Positions 53,958-63,224 of a DNA stretch of 64,000 nucleotides are shown here, piece after piece. Position 1 is the first letter of the stretch; every line of letters begins with the position of its first letter. The notes beneath the pieces are model-generated. The model saw nothing but the letters and a program-made list of their open reading frames with translations. It was not told where the DNA came from and did not search any database. Origin of the DNA: Candidatus Dormiibacterota bacterium. Lineage in GTDB: Bacteria > Chloroflexota > Dormibacteria > Aeolococcales > Aeolococcaceae. The DNA lies in assembly GCA_041691155.1 (NCBI GenBank), contig JBEPVD010000011.1, positions 636-64,635 on the forward strand, read 5' to 3'. The position numbers were made by a program, and so were the translations under genes.

Positions 53958-55211
53958 TCAATACTTGTTGGTGACAAACAGTTCTTCCGCGGGGAAACGG
54001 GTCAGCACGGCACAGCCACCCGAGGTGACCACGATCTCCTCCTCGATGCGCGCTGCCGACTGGCCGTCGGTCGCAGGACAGTACGTTTCGAGCGCGAAGA
54101 CCATCCCTTCCTGCAGTTCGATCGGGTGATCGAGGGAGTTGAGCCGCGAGATGATCGGCCGTTCGTGCAGTCCGAGACCGAGACCATGGCCGAACTGCAA
54201 ACCGAACGCTGCCATCTCGCTCGGGAAGCCGAAGTCGTTCGCCTCGGGCCAGAGCCGTGCGATCTGGTCGGTGGTCGTTCCCGGTTCGACGATGTCGATC
54301 GCGGCGTCGATCCACTCGCGAGCTCGCGCGTAGGCGTCGCGCTGAGCGGCCGTCGATCGGCCGACCGCGAAGGTGCGGTAGTAGCAGGTGCGATAGCCGT
54401 TGAACGACTGGATGATGTCGAAGTACGCCTGGTCTCCGGGCCGAATGAGGCGGTCGGAAAAGTTGTGCGGGTGGGGATTGCAGCGCTCCCCCGACACCGC
54501 GTTGATGGCTTCGACGTCGTCGGAGCCCATCTCATACAGGCGTTTGTTGGCCAGCGCGACGATCTCGTTCTCGCGAACGCCGGGCTTGAGGGCTTCGGCG
54601 ATGTCCTGATACACACCGTCCACCATGGCCGCGGCCGTCGAGAGCAGCATGATCTCGTCGCTGGACTTGATGAGCCGCGCGTCGAGCATCACCTGTTGGG
54701 CATCGCGGACATCGATCCCGGTTCGGACCAACTCCAGGAACATGGGAGTCTCCGCGATGTCAACGCCGAGCGGCATACCGGCGACACCGGCGGCCGCGAG
54801 CTCGGACTGAATTTCCGCCACCGCGCGGGTGATCAGCCCCGCGTCGGGCGCGACGGCGCCGCGCAGCCCGAGCATCCCGGGACGGCTGTTCTCGGGTCGT
54901 ATCCAGGGCGAGTACAGCTGGTGGTGACGAGCCGCGGACCCGAAGTCCCAGACGATCGGTTCACCGCCCCGTGTCAGCAACGTGTAGCGCGCAACTTTAT
55001 CGCGTGCCCACTCACCGATCATCGTCGCCGACACGTAGCGGATGTTGTTGATGTCGAACAGCAGGAGCGCGCCGAGCTCGGACGCGTCGAGTGCGGCACG
55101 CGCACGCGACAGACGGTAGGCGCGCAGTCTGGTGAAGTCGACCCGCTCCTCGAAGTCGACGTTCATGCGGCCCGGGCTGGCCGGAATCCCGCCGCTCGTG
55201 TCGAGGCTCAT
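53958..55211 (-). CDS. M24 (Xaa-Pro peptidase/creatinase-like) family hydrolase
   Basis: NIRY, RLIKSSDE, GHGLGLGLHE, ALET, RIEEE. Confidence 0.85.
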   Translation of the reverse strand: MSLDTSGGIPASPGRMNVDFEERVDFTRLRAYRLSRARAALDASELGALLLFDINNIRYVSATMIGEWARDKVARYTLLTRGGEPIVWDFGSAARHHQLYSPWIRPENSRPGMLGLRGAVAPDAGLITRAVAEIQSELAAAGVAGMPLGVDIAETPMFLELVRTGIDVRDAQQVMLDARLIKSSDEIMLLSTAAAMVDGVYQDIAEALKPGVRENEIVALANKRLYEMGSDDVEAINAVSGERCNPHPHNFSDRLIRPGDQAYFDIIQSFNGYRTCYYRTFAVGRSTAAQRDAYARAREWIDAAIDIVEPGTTTDQIARLWPEANDFGFPSEMAAFGLQFGHGLGLGLHERPIISRLNSLDHPIELQEGMVFALETYCPATDGQSAARIEEEIVVTSGGCAVLTRFPAEELFVTNKY

Positions 55212-55239
55212 GGCGCTGTCTCCCCGCGTTGGCAGTGTG

Positions 55240-56307
55240 TCATCGCAGCTGCTCGCTCATCCAGTCCGCCATCACCGGGCGGTACTTGTAGGCGATGTTG
55301 TTGCACACATGGTTGCCGTCCGGATACATGAGCAAGGTGGCGTTGGGCGCCTCTTGCGCGATCCGCTCTGCCTGTTCCGGCGGAAACAGGGGGTCACGGG
55401 CACCGTGGATGACCAGCAGTGGCTGTGTCACGTGCGCCAGGACTCCTTCGAGGTTCAAGGCGTAGGCCCGCTCCCGCGCCTGTGCCTCATTCGCTGACTT
55501 GGTGTAGAAGACATACCCACCGCGTGTGAGCGGGTTCAACGCGTCCCAGCAGTCGCCGAGGTTGTACGGACCGGCCAGCCCGACGACGGCGCGGAGGCGC
55601 GGCTCGTGCGCCGCAGCCCGTGGACCGTAGATCGCTCCCATGCTGATACCCATGAGCCCGACGCGGCCAAAGCTCGCATCGAGGCCGATCGCCGCGAGAT
55701 GGTCGAGCAACGGTGTGATCACCGTCTCCCAGTTCGGGCGGATGGCAAAGTGCACCGAGTTCTCCGACTGACCCGGTCCGTCGATGCTCAGGGTCGCCAT
55801 CCCACGCACAAGGAACTCATTCTCGATCGCGAACATCTCCTCCTTGGAAGAGTCGAGCCCCGGGACAATCAGCACGAGCGGTGGCTTGGTCCCATCGCGT
55901 GGACGCCGGAGATGCCCGGGAATGCTCTGGCCCTCGAAGGGAATCTCGAGGCGCTCCGCCGGCGGGTCGAGATGGGCGAGCGCCCTCGCATACACCGCGA
56001 CCGACTGATCGCGAAGCAACGCATAGAGGGCCGGAGTCTCGAACCAGAGGAATTTGCCGAGGTGGTAACACCACGCCGCGCGCTGATATGCGGCCGTTGC
56101 TGAAACCGTGCGACCCCTGCTCGCAGCCACATCGCCGAGCGCCTCGTGCACCCCACCCATCTCATGCCAGTTCGGGCCCCAGTCGGCCCACTCGACCGTT
56201 CTGCTCAGGACGCTGTCGAAGTCATTGACATCAATGCCGTTGGCGACGAATCGCGGCTGCCAGTGGTGCGCGGCCAACTGCACGCGATTCAGACCGGATT
56301 CGCTCAC
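55240..56307 (-). CDS. Alpha/beta hydrolase resembling 2,6-dihydroxypseudooxynicotine hydrolase
   Basis: GLDSSKEE, DGPGQ, GISMG nucleophile elbow, DGNHVCNN, MADW. Confidence 0.8.
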   Translation of the reverse strand: MSESGLNRVQLAAHHWQPRFVANGIDVNDFDSVLSRTVEWADWGPNWHEMGGVHEALGDVAASRGRTVSATAAYQRAAWCYHLGKFLWFETPALYALLRDQSVAVYARALAHLDPPAERLEIPFEGQSIPGHLRRPRDGTKPPLVLIVPGLDSSKEEMFAIENEFLVRGMATLSIDGPGQSENSVHFAIRPNWETVITPLLDHLAAIGLDASFGRVGLMGISMGAIYGPRAAAHEPRLRAVVGLAGPYNLGDCWDALNPLTRGGYVFYTKSANEAQARERAYALNLEGVLAHVTQPLLVIHGARDPLFPPEQAERIAQEAPNATLLMYPDGNHVCNNIAYKYRPVMADWMSEQLR

Positions 56308-57023
56308 GCCGGGGCTCCGAGGAACAGACGGCCGATCTCGCCGTTGCCGAGGACCGCTGCGCCGGTGCCCTCGAGGCGAACGCGACCGCTCTCAAGCACC
56401 ACGCCGTGACTGGCCAGCCCGAGGCCCGAGCGGGCGTTCTGCTCGACCAGCAGGATGGTGCGACCCGCATTGTTCATATCGCGGATCAAATCGAAGACAA
56501 GCGTATGCGTCTTCGGATCCAGCCCCATCGACGGTTCGTCGAGCACGAGCAGCTTCGGATCGAGCATGAGAGCGCGAGCGAACTCGACGATCTTCTGCTG
56601 ACCACCCGAGAGCGCGGCGACGCGCTCGTGGCGCCGGTCCGCAACCAGGGGAAACGTGTCGCAGACACTGGTCATCCGGCGGTGGATGAGCGCTCGATCC
56701 GAGAGCGTGTAGGCCCCCATGCGCACGTTCTCCCACACCGTCATGGTGGGAAACAAGCTTCGCTCCTGGGGCACCTGGACGATCCCGAGCTTCAGTATCT
56801 GGCGAGGACTCAGTCCGGTGATCGTATCGCCGCGGAATTGCACGCTTCCCAGTCGTGGCTTGATCAGCCCGCTCACGAGCCGGAGGATCGTCGACTTGCC
56901 GGCGCCGTTGGGACCGACCACGCACGTGATGGCTCCCTCGTCAATCGCAAGGCTGACGTCATGGAGGACATCGCCCCCGCCGTACCCGGCCGTGACGCCC
57001 TCAAGTTCGAGCAGTGCGTTCAT
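56304..57023 (-). CDS. Branched-chain amino acid-type ABC ATPase (LivF-like)
   Basis: GPNGAGKS, LSGGQ, LDEPSMGL, VEQNA. Confidence 0.92.
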   Translation of the reverse strand: MNALLELEGVTAGYGGGDVLHDVSLAIDEGAITCVVGPNGAGKSTILRLVSGLIKPRLGSVQFRGDTITGLSPRQILKLGIVQVPQERSLFPTMTVWENVRMGAYTLSDRALIHRRMTSVCDTFPLVADRRHERVAALSGGQQKIVEFARALMLDPKLLVLDEPSMGLDPKTHTLVFDLIRDMNNAGRTILLVEQNARSGLGLASHGVVLESGRVRLEGTGAAVLGNGEIGRLFLGAPA

Positions 57024-57755
57024 CTATGACCCCAGATACGCGTCGAGCACGGCTGCATTGCCGCGAACCTCGGCGGGTGTGCCGCGAGCAAGCACGGTGC
57101 CCCGGTGCAGCACAACGATTTCCTGGCACAGACCCATCACGAAGGGCATGTTGTGCTCGACCAGGAGAAACGTGACGCCCTGCCGGTTGAGGTCCACGAT
57201 GTGCTCGCCGATTCGCTCGACCAGCGCCGGATTCACGCCGCCCGCCGGCTCGTCGAGCAGCACCAGTTGCGGTCGAGCCATCATCACCGCCGCCAGTTCC
57301 AGGAGCTTGCGTTGCCCATAGGAGAGTGACCCGCCGAGCAGACCTGCGACGTGCGCGATGTCCATGGTCGCGAGCATGTCCATGGCGCGGGTTTTTTCTT
57401 CGTGCCACTGCCCACCAGCCAGAAGCGCTCGCAGCCCTGAGCGCCGTACCGGCACGAGCATGTTCTCGAGTGCCGTGAGCCGCGGGAAAATCCGCGCCAG
57501 CTGGAAGGTACGTCCAATGCCGAGGCCGTAGATCTTGTTGGGGCTGAGACCACCGATCGACCGGCCGTTGAAACGAACCTCCCCGGAATCCTTGGGCAGG
57601 AACCCGGTCACGAGGTTGAACACCGTCGTCTTGCCGGACCCGTTCGGTCCGATGAGACCCGTGATGCTGCGGGGCTGCAGGGCGAGCGAGCAGCCGTCTA
57701 CAGCGGTGACGCCGCCGAAACGCTTGGAGAGACCGTCGACCTCGAGGAGTGTCAC
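57024..57755 (-). CDS. Branched-chain amino acid-type ABC ATPase (LivG-like)
   Basis: GPNGSGKT, RTFQ, LSYGQ, LDEPAGG, AYLG. Confidence 0.92.
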   Translation of the reverse strand: MTLLEVDGLSKRFGGVTAVDGCSLALQPRSITGLIGPNGSGKTTVFNLVTGFLPKDSGEVRFNGRSIGGLSPNKIYGLGIGRTFQLARIFPRLTALENMLVPVRRSGLRALLAGGQWHEEKTRAMDMLATMDIAHVAGLLGGSLSYGQRKLLELAAVMMARPQLVLLDEPAGGVNPALVERIGEHIVDLNRQGVTFLLVEHNMPFVMGLCQEIVVLHRGTVLARGTPAEVRGNAAVLDAYLGS

Positions 57756-58801
57756 GGTGGTTGGGCACCTGCGACGGCCGGTGCGCCGCTCGTGTTTGTG
57801 GTCGTGTCGCTTGGACCAGCTGGTCCCCGACGAGCGATGATGCGCTTCAGAAGGTCACCGACCGAGGGGATGATGCCGCGCGGCAGCAGCAGGATCACCA
57901 CCAGGAACACCGCCGCATAGAAGACGAGGTACAGGCGGCTGGCGCCGAAGTTGTACGCCAGCCAGAGTTGTGCCGGCTCCAGGATGATCGCCCCGAGCAC
58001 GGGTCCCCACAGCGTTCCCAGACCCCCGAGAAAGACCATGAGCACAAGCGAGATGCCCACCAACGGATCGATCGCGTACTGCGGGTAGATGTAGGTCACG
58101 TAATAGCCATAGACGGCGCCGATCATTCCGACGAGACCGGCGCTGGTGACAAACGCGATGAGCTTGTACCCATGCGCCGGCACGCCGACGGCAAGCGCCT
58201 TGTCCTCGTCATCGCGGATCGCGAGCAAACCCAGACCAAACTTCGAGCGCCGGATCCACCACGAGATCGCCAATGCCACCAGCGCCATCACCAGCATCGC
58301 GTAGTAGAACGGCGTGTCGAAGAAGTCACCACTCCATGGCGGCACGGGAAAGCTGAGTCCCGATCCCCCGCCGGTGAGCCCGACGAGGTTTTCGGCGAGC
58401 AGCTGGATCATGAACATCATTGCGATGGTCACGATCACGAACGTCGCCGCGCGAGTGCGCAGTGCGATCCATCCGATGCCGAGCGCCAACACCACGGTGA
58501 GCGCGCCCGCGACCGGCACGAACAGGAACGGTTCGTACCCCGCCTGGATACCGAGATGGGCGAGCACGAGGCCGAACGCGTATGCACCGAACCCGAAAAA
58601 CGCGGCGTGACCGAGCGAGACGTAGCCGGTGTATCCACCCATGATGTTCCATGCAGTTGCGAGACCGACGTACATCGCGGTGAACACGGCGATGTTCACG
58701 GTGGCCGGATCTGACTCGAACGCCGGGAGCAATGCCGCCACCACGACCACGACCAGCAGCGCAGCGATCTTCGCGACGCGCACCCGGGATGTCCGTTTCA
58801 T
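57752..58801 (-). CDS. ABC permease (LivM-like)
   Basis: GYTGYVSLGHAAFFG, AIRDDE, GGLGTLWGP. Confidence 0.9.
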   Translation of the reverse strand: MKRTSRVRVAKIAALLVVVVVAALLPAFESDPATVNIAVFTAMYVGLATAWNIMGGYTGYVSLGHAAFFGFGAYAFGLVLAHLGIQAGYEPFLFVPVAGALTVVLALGIGWIALRTRAATFVIVTIAMMFMIQLLAENLVGLTGGGSGLSFPVPPWSGDFFDTPFYYAMLVMALVALAISWWIRRSKFGLGLLAIRDDEDKALAVGVPAHGYKLIAFVTSAGLVGMIGAVYGYYVTYIYPQYAIDPLVGISLVLMVFLGGLGTLWGPVLGAIILEPAQLWLAYNFGASRLYLVFYAAVFLVVILLLPRGIIPSVGDLLKRIIARRGPAGPSDTTTNTSGAPAVAGAQPP

Positions 58802-59673
58802 ATGCGCTCGCGGACGCGGATGCCGTACAACCCTTGCGGGCGTACGACCAGAACAATCACGAGGAGCGCGAAGAACGCGAAGCTTGCCCAGACCGGCGAG
58901 ACGACCACCGCTGTGACATCTTCGACGATGAGCATCGCGATCGCGGCGATGATCGCGCCACGTAGGCTGCCGAGACCGCCGAGCACGATGATGGTCAGGA
59001 GCCGCGAGATCAGATCGTAGTGGCTTCCGGGATTGAACGCGTTGGTCACGCCGAAGATGACGCCACCGGCCGCGGCCGTGGAGACGCCGATGCCGAAGGC
59101 GATCGCCGACACCCGGTCCACATTGACACCCACCAGTTGCGCCGCGGTCCGGTTGAGCATGGTCGCGCGTACCGCCGAACCGAACGTCGTTCGGTAGAGC
59201 ACGAGAAAGAGTGCCGCGAGAATTGCGAGGCACAGCGCAAACCCGAACAGGTAGACGTAGGCGATGTGAAAGCCGAACACCGCAATGGATGATGTCGCGT
59301 ACCAGGCATTCAACTGCACGAAGTTGTTGGTGAACAGGTAGCCGAGGAGGCCCTCGATGCCCAGTGCCAGTGCGTAGGTCACCAGCACGGAGAGCGCCTC
59401 ACGATCCTCCTTCAATGGCCGGATGAAGACGAGTTGCAGCACGACGCCCAGCGCGAACATGACCGGCATCGTGATGATCAGGCTGACGAAGGGATCGATG
59501 TGCGCCGTGCGCATCAACTCGAAGCTGAGGTACGCGCCGAGAATCACGAGTGCCCCGTGCCCGACGTTGATGATCCGCATCACACCGAATATCAACGTCA
59601 GGCCCGAGGCCATGAGCGCATACACGCCGCCGGTGAGGATGCCGAAGATGACCGCTTCCAGGATGAGGGTCAT
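58798..59673 (-). CDS. ABC permease (LivH-like)
   Basis: YALMASGLTLIFGV, NVGHG, LGGLGSLRG, RPQGL. Confidence 0.9.
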   Translation of the reverse strand: MTLILEAVIFGILTGGVYALMASGLTLIFGVMRIINVGHGALVILGAYLSFELMRTAHIDPFVSLIITMPVMFALGVVLQLVFIRPLKEDREALSVLVTYALALGIEGLLGYLFTNNFVQLNAWYATSSIAVFGFHIAYVYLFGFALCLAILAALFLVLYRTTFGSAVRATMLNRTAAQLVGVNVDRVSAIAFGIGVSTAAAGGVIFGVTNAFNPGSHYDLISRLLTIIVLGGLGSLRGAIIAAIAMLIVEDVTAVVVSPVWASFAFFALLVIVLVVRPQGLYGIRVRERI

Positions 59674-59686
59674 ACCGGCCCTTCGG

Positions 59687-60922
59687 TCACCCGGAGAAGT
59701 CGGGCTTGGGATACTCCGGCTGAGCAACGGCGGCGGATGCCGGGTACACCGGGACGGTCAGCCCGTTCTGCCACTGCACGAGGAAACTTGCGCCGTTCGG
59801 CTTGCCGAGCGAGTCGAAGCCCATCGGCCCCTGGACGGTCTGGAACGTCCCGCTGTGCAGGGCGGTGATCAACGCCGCGTTGTCGATGCTGTGCGCCTTC
59901 TGGGCGGCCTGATCGATCACTTCGCCGACGCTGTACGCCTCGGGCGCGTCGCTCGGGATGCCGCCAGGGGTACCGCCGTACTTCGCCACGAACTCGCTCA
60001 CAAAGGTTGCGTTGTCAGGCGTCTTCGCGCTCGACCACCAGCCGGCGGGAACCATCACGCCCTCGGTGTTCCCAGCACCCACCTTGTCCGCAAAGTCACT
60101 CCCTTGGTCCGGACCAGCGGTCTCGACCAGTGCCTTGGGGTTGTAGTGCTGCTGCTGAAACGCCTTGATGAACGCGACCCCATCCGGCTCCTGCGTCCCG
60201 AGAATCACGACGTCCGCATTCGCCGCGATGACCTGCTGCGCCAGCGGGTTGAAGTCCGTGGTCTCCGCCGGATAGACCTTGTAGGACAACGTCTTGACGC
60301 CACCGGCCTCGAGGAGCGCACGAGCCTTGTCCACCTGTGGCTGCGTGAACGGATCGTCCTCGGTGGCGTACGCCGCCGTCGCGGGACGCACCGCAGCGGG
60401 CAGTGCGAGCACCCATTGCGTGAAGCTCACGAGGTTGTCTTCGACTGGAGCGGGCTGCACGAAGAAGAGCGAATGGATGCCGCGCGTGAAGACACTCGGC
60501 CCACCACCGGCAGGCTCCGGGAAGGCATACCCGAAGCGGTTGGTGACCGTCGACGCAGGAATCGTGAGCAGGCTGCTGAAGGGTCCGAATACCAGGGCCA
60601 CCTTGTCCTGGGTGATCAGGTTCTGGTAGTTGGTCACCACCTGCGTGGTGCTGCTCGCGTCGTCCACGTATTTCATCGTCACGTGATGCCCGAGCAGGCC
60701 GCCCTTCGCGTTCTCGTCCTGGGCCCACAGGTCATATCCCTGCACCAGCGCCTTGCCATCGCCTGAGAAGTCTCCGGTGAGAGAGACGGACACGCCGATC
60801 GTGATTGGAGCGGCCGCGCCGGGAGACGCGCTGCCGCCGGTGGTGCCACTGCCGCACGCCGCGAGAGTGATCGTCCCGAGCGAAGCAATCCCGCTGAGGG
60901 CCAAAGACGCTGGCTTCCGCAT
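59687..60922 (-). CDS. ABC substrate-binding lipoprotein (LivK-like)
   Basis: Lipobox LAAC, IGVSVSLTG, GGLLG, GPFSS. Confidence 0.9.
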   Translation of the reverse strand: MRKPASLALSGIASLGTITLAACGSGTTGGSASPGAAAPITIGVSVSLTGDFSGDGKALVQGYDLWAQDENAKGGLLGHHVTMKYVDDASSTTQVVTNYQNLITQDKVALVFGPFSSLLTIPASTVTNRFGYAFPEPAGGGPSVFTRGIHSLFFVQPAPVEDNLVSFTQWVLALPAAVRPATAAYATEDDPFTQPQVDKARALLEAGGVKTLSYKVYPAETTDFNPLAQQVIAANADVVILGTQEPDGVAFIKAFQQQHYNPKALVETAGPDQGSDFADKVGAGNTEGVMVPAGWWSSAKTPDNATFVSEFVAKYGGTPGGIPSDAPEAYSVGEVIDQAAQKAHSIDNAALITALHSGTFQTVQGPMGFDSLGKPNGASFLVQWQNGLTVPVYPASAAVAQPEYPKPDFSG

Positions 60923-60965
60923 GCTCGTCCCCTGGCTCGCTTGACGCGAGCGGTGTGCCGATGAA

Positions 60966-61009
60966 CAAACGATTGCGCTAGCCTAGGACCCAGTAGAAAG
61001 CAATGTCAA
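60966..61009 (-). promoter_or_regulatory. Sigma70-type promoter TTGACA-N18-TAGGCT with LacI-type operator GCAATCGTTTG
   Basis: -35 at 61004-61009, -10 at 60980-60985, operator at 60966-60976. Confidence 0.75.
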
Positions 61010-61020
61010 GTGCAAACGAA

Positions 61021-62073
61021 ATGCCGGTCACGCTGAAGGAGTTGGCGGCGCGAGCCAACGTCCATCCCTCCACGATCTCGCGGGTCGCCAACAACGACCC
61101 CGGCCTCAGGATCGCCACAGCCACGCGGTCACGCATCGAGGCCCTGCTTCGGGAGACCGGGTATCAGCCCAACGGCATCGCGCGTGGGCTGAAGCTCCGC
61201 CAGACCAATGTGCTCGCAGTCGTGATCCCGGATGTGACCAACCCGTTCTTCGCTGCGCTGTTCCGGGGCGTGGAAGACGCGGCAGCACCTGCGGGCTTCA
61301 ACGTCCTCCTCTGCAACACGGATGGGCTCCCCGAACGTCAGCGCTCGCACTTGCAAGGGCTCCAGGCTCGCCGCGTCGATGGCGTCATCCTTGCGAGCAG
61401 CTTCCTCAAGGACCCCAGCGTTCGTGACCTGCGCCGGCAACAACGCCCCTACGTGCTCGTCAATCGCTTCAGCGACGAGGGCGAGGATCCGTTTGTCGGC
61501 TCGGACGATCTGCTCGGTGGCCAGCTGGCGACCGCCCACCTGCTCGACCTCGGTCATGTCCGTGTCGGACACCTGGCGGGCAAATCGACCGTCAGCACCG
61601 GATGGTTGCGCCGCCGCGGGTATCTCGCCGCGCACACGCTCGCCGGTCTCCCTGCGGACCCGAACCTCATCGTGGAGGCGGGGTACACAGAGGAGAGCGG
61701 TGCCCTCGCCGCGCGCAGGCTCTTTTCGCTCGCCGATCCGCCGACGGCGGTGTTCGCGGTGACCGACATGGTGGCCCTCGGTGCGGCAGAGGTCGCTCGG
61801 CAGATGGGGCTGCGCATCCCCCAGGACATCGCCATCGTGGGCTACAACGACATCCCGCTCGCGGGCCGGGTCAGCCCCGGCCTGACCACGATGCACGTCC
61901 CCATCCACGAGTTCGGATCGGTGGCGGCTCGGCTCCTCCTCGAGCAGATCGAGAGCGATGAGCCGGCCCGCCGCCGCGTTCGCTTCACGCCTGATCTCAT
62001 CGTTCGTGAGTCCACAGTGCTCGGAGCAGCAAGCCCCGCACGCGCCGCCCGGCCGATGTTCAGTGCCGAATAG
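61021..62073 (+). CDS. LacI-family repressor
   Basis: VTLKELAARANVHPSTISRVAN, GYQPNGIARGL, NPFF, VGYND, LTT. Confidence 0.93.
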   Translation: MPVTLKELAARANVHPSTISRVANNDPGLRIATATRSRIEALLRETGYQPNGIARGLKLRQTNVLAVVIPDVTNPFFAALFRGVEDAAAPAGFNVLLCNTDGLPERQRSHLQGLQARRVDGVILASSFLKDPSVRDLRRQQRPYVLVNRFSDEGEDPFVGSDDLLGGQLATAHLLDLGHVRVGHLAGKSTVSTGWLRRRGYLAAHTLAGLPADPNLIVEAGYTEESGALAARRLFSLADPPTAVFAVTDMVALGAAEVARQMGLRIPQDIAIVGYNDIPLAGRVSPGLTTMHVPIHEFGSVAARLLLEQIESDEPARRRVRFTPDLIVRESTVLGAASPARAARPMFSAE

Positions 62074-62080
62074 CGTGTCG

Positions 62081-62123
62081 TTGACACGAGAAAAAAGCCA
62101 CCGCTATGCTAGGCAATCGTTTG
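62081..62123 (+). promoter_or_regulatory. Sigma70-type promoter TTGACA-N18-TATGCT with LacI-type operator GCAATCGTTTG
   Basis: -35 at 62081-62086, -10 at 62105-62110, operator at 62113-62123. Confidence 0.75.
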
Positions 62124-62168
62124 GGCAACGACAGCCCCACGTCGAAACAGCTACCCGGGAGTGAGGAC

Positions 62169-63134
62169 ATGATCGCTGCAGGACCCGACAGCCAGACACT
62201 CGGCTGGATCGGCGTCGGCCGGATGGGCGAGGTGCTCGCCGCACGCCTGCTCGCGAGAGGTTGCGACCTCACGGTCTACAACCGGACCGCCTCCAAGGCG
62301 CAGCCACTGGTCGATCTCGGTGCCCGGATTGTCGAGCACCCGGTGGATCTGGCGGACCGCGACATCGTGATCACCATGGTCGCCGGGTCACGCGACTTCG
62401 AAGCCGTGATGGTCGGGCCGCACGGGCTGCTGACCAGCGCCGACGTGATCCCGGGGATGGTCATCGACGCCTCGACGGTCTCGATGGAGATCTCGGGCGC
62501 GATCCGGGAGCGAGCGGCCGAGCGCGGCGTCACGCTGCTGGCGGCCCCCGTCAGCGGGAACCCGAAAGCCGCTCGTGCCGGCATGCTGAGCGTCGCCGTC
62601 TCCGGCCCCCGCGACTCGTACCTTCGAGCACTCCCCTATCTCCAGATGCTCGGGCGTAGCGTCTCCTACGTCGGCGAAGGCGAAGCCGCTCGCCTCGTCA
62701 AGATCTGCCACAACCTCATCCTCGGAGTGGTGGCGCAAATCCTCGCTGAGACCACGGTTCTTGCCGAACGTGGAGGCATCGCTCGCGCCGACTACCTGGC
62801 GTTCATCAACGACAGCGTGCTCGGTTCCACGTTCAGCAGGTACAAGACCCCAGCGTTCGTCAATCTCGATTACACGGCGACATTCACCAATCACCTGTTG
62901 CGCAAAGACTTCGAGCTCGGCCTCGAGGCGGCGCGCGAGCACAACGTCTCGTTGCCGGTTACCGCGCTCACCCATCAGATCGTCGTCAGTCTGATCGGCC
63001 AGGGCTTCGGCGACCAGGACTTCGCCGCACTGCTCGAACTCGCCGCCCGCGGCGCCAGCCTCGTGCTCGAACCCGACACCCGGCTCGTGGCCGACGGCCT
63101 CGGCTCCCCGGAGGACCCGGCCGCCGAAGGCTGA
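62169..63134 (+). CDS. Beta-hydroxyacid dehydrogenase (3-hydroxyisobutyrate dehydrogenase family)
   Basis: GWIGVGRMG, YNRT, APVSG, KICHN, KDF. Confidence 0.88.
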   Translation: MIAAGPDSQTLGWIGVGRMGEVLAARLLARGCDLTVYNRTASKAQPLVDLGARIVEHPVDLADRDIVITMVAGSRDFEAVMVGPHGLLTSADVIPGMVIDASTVSMEISGAIRERAAERGVTLLAAPVSGNPKAARAGMLSVAVSGPRDSYLRALPYLQMLGRSVSYVGEGEAARLVKICHNLILGVVAQILAETTVLAERGGIARADYLAFINDSVLGSTFSRYKTPAFVNLDYTATFTNHLLRKDFELGLEAAREHNVSLPVTALTHQIVVSLIGQGFGDQDFAALLELAARGASLVLEPDTRLVADGLGSPEDPAAEG

Positions 63135-63224
63135 GCCGTGACGGCGTCCTGTCGGGGCCAACCAAGTTCGTGACGGAGTAGCGCGACTGCCGTTTCGGAG
63201 GAACGGAACGCCCACGCTCTCCCC

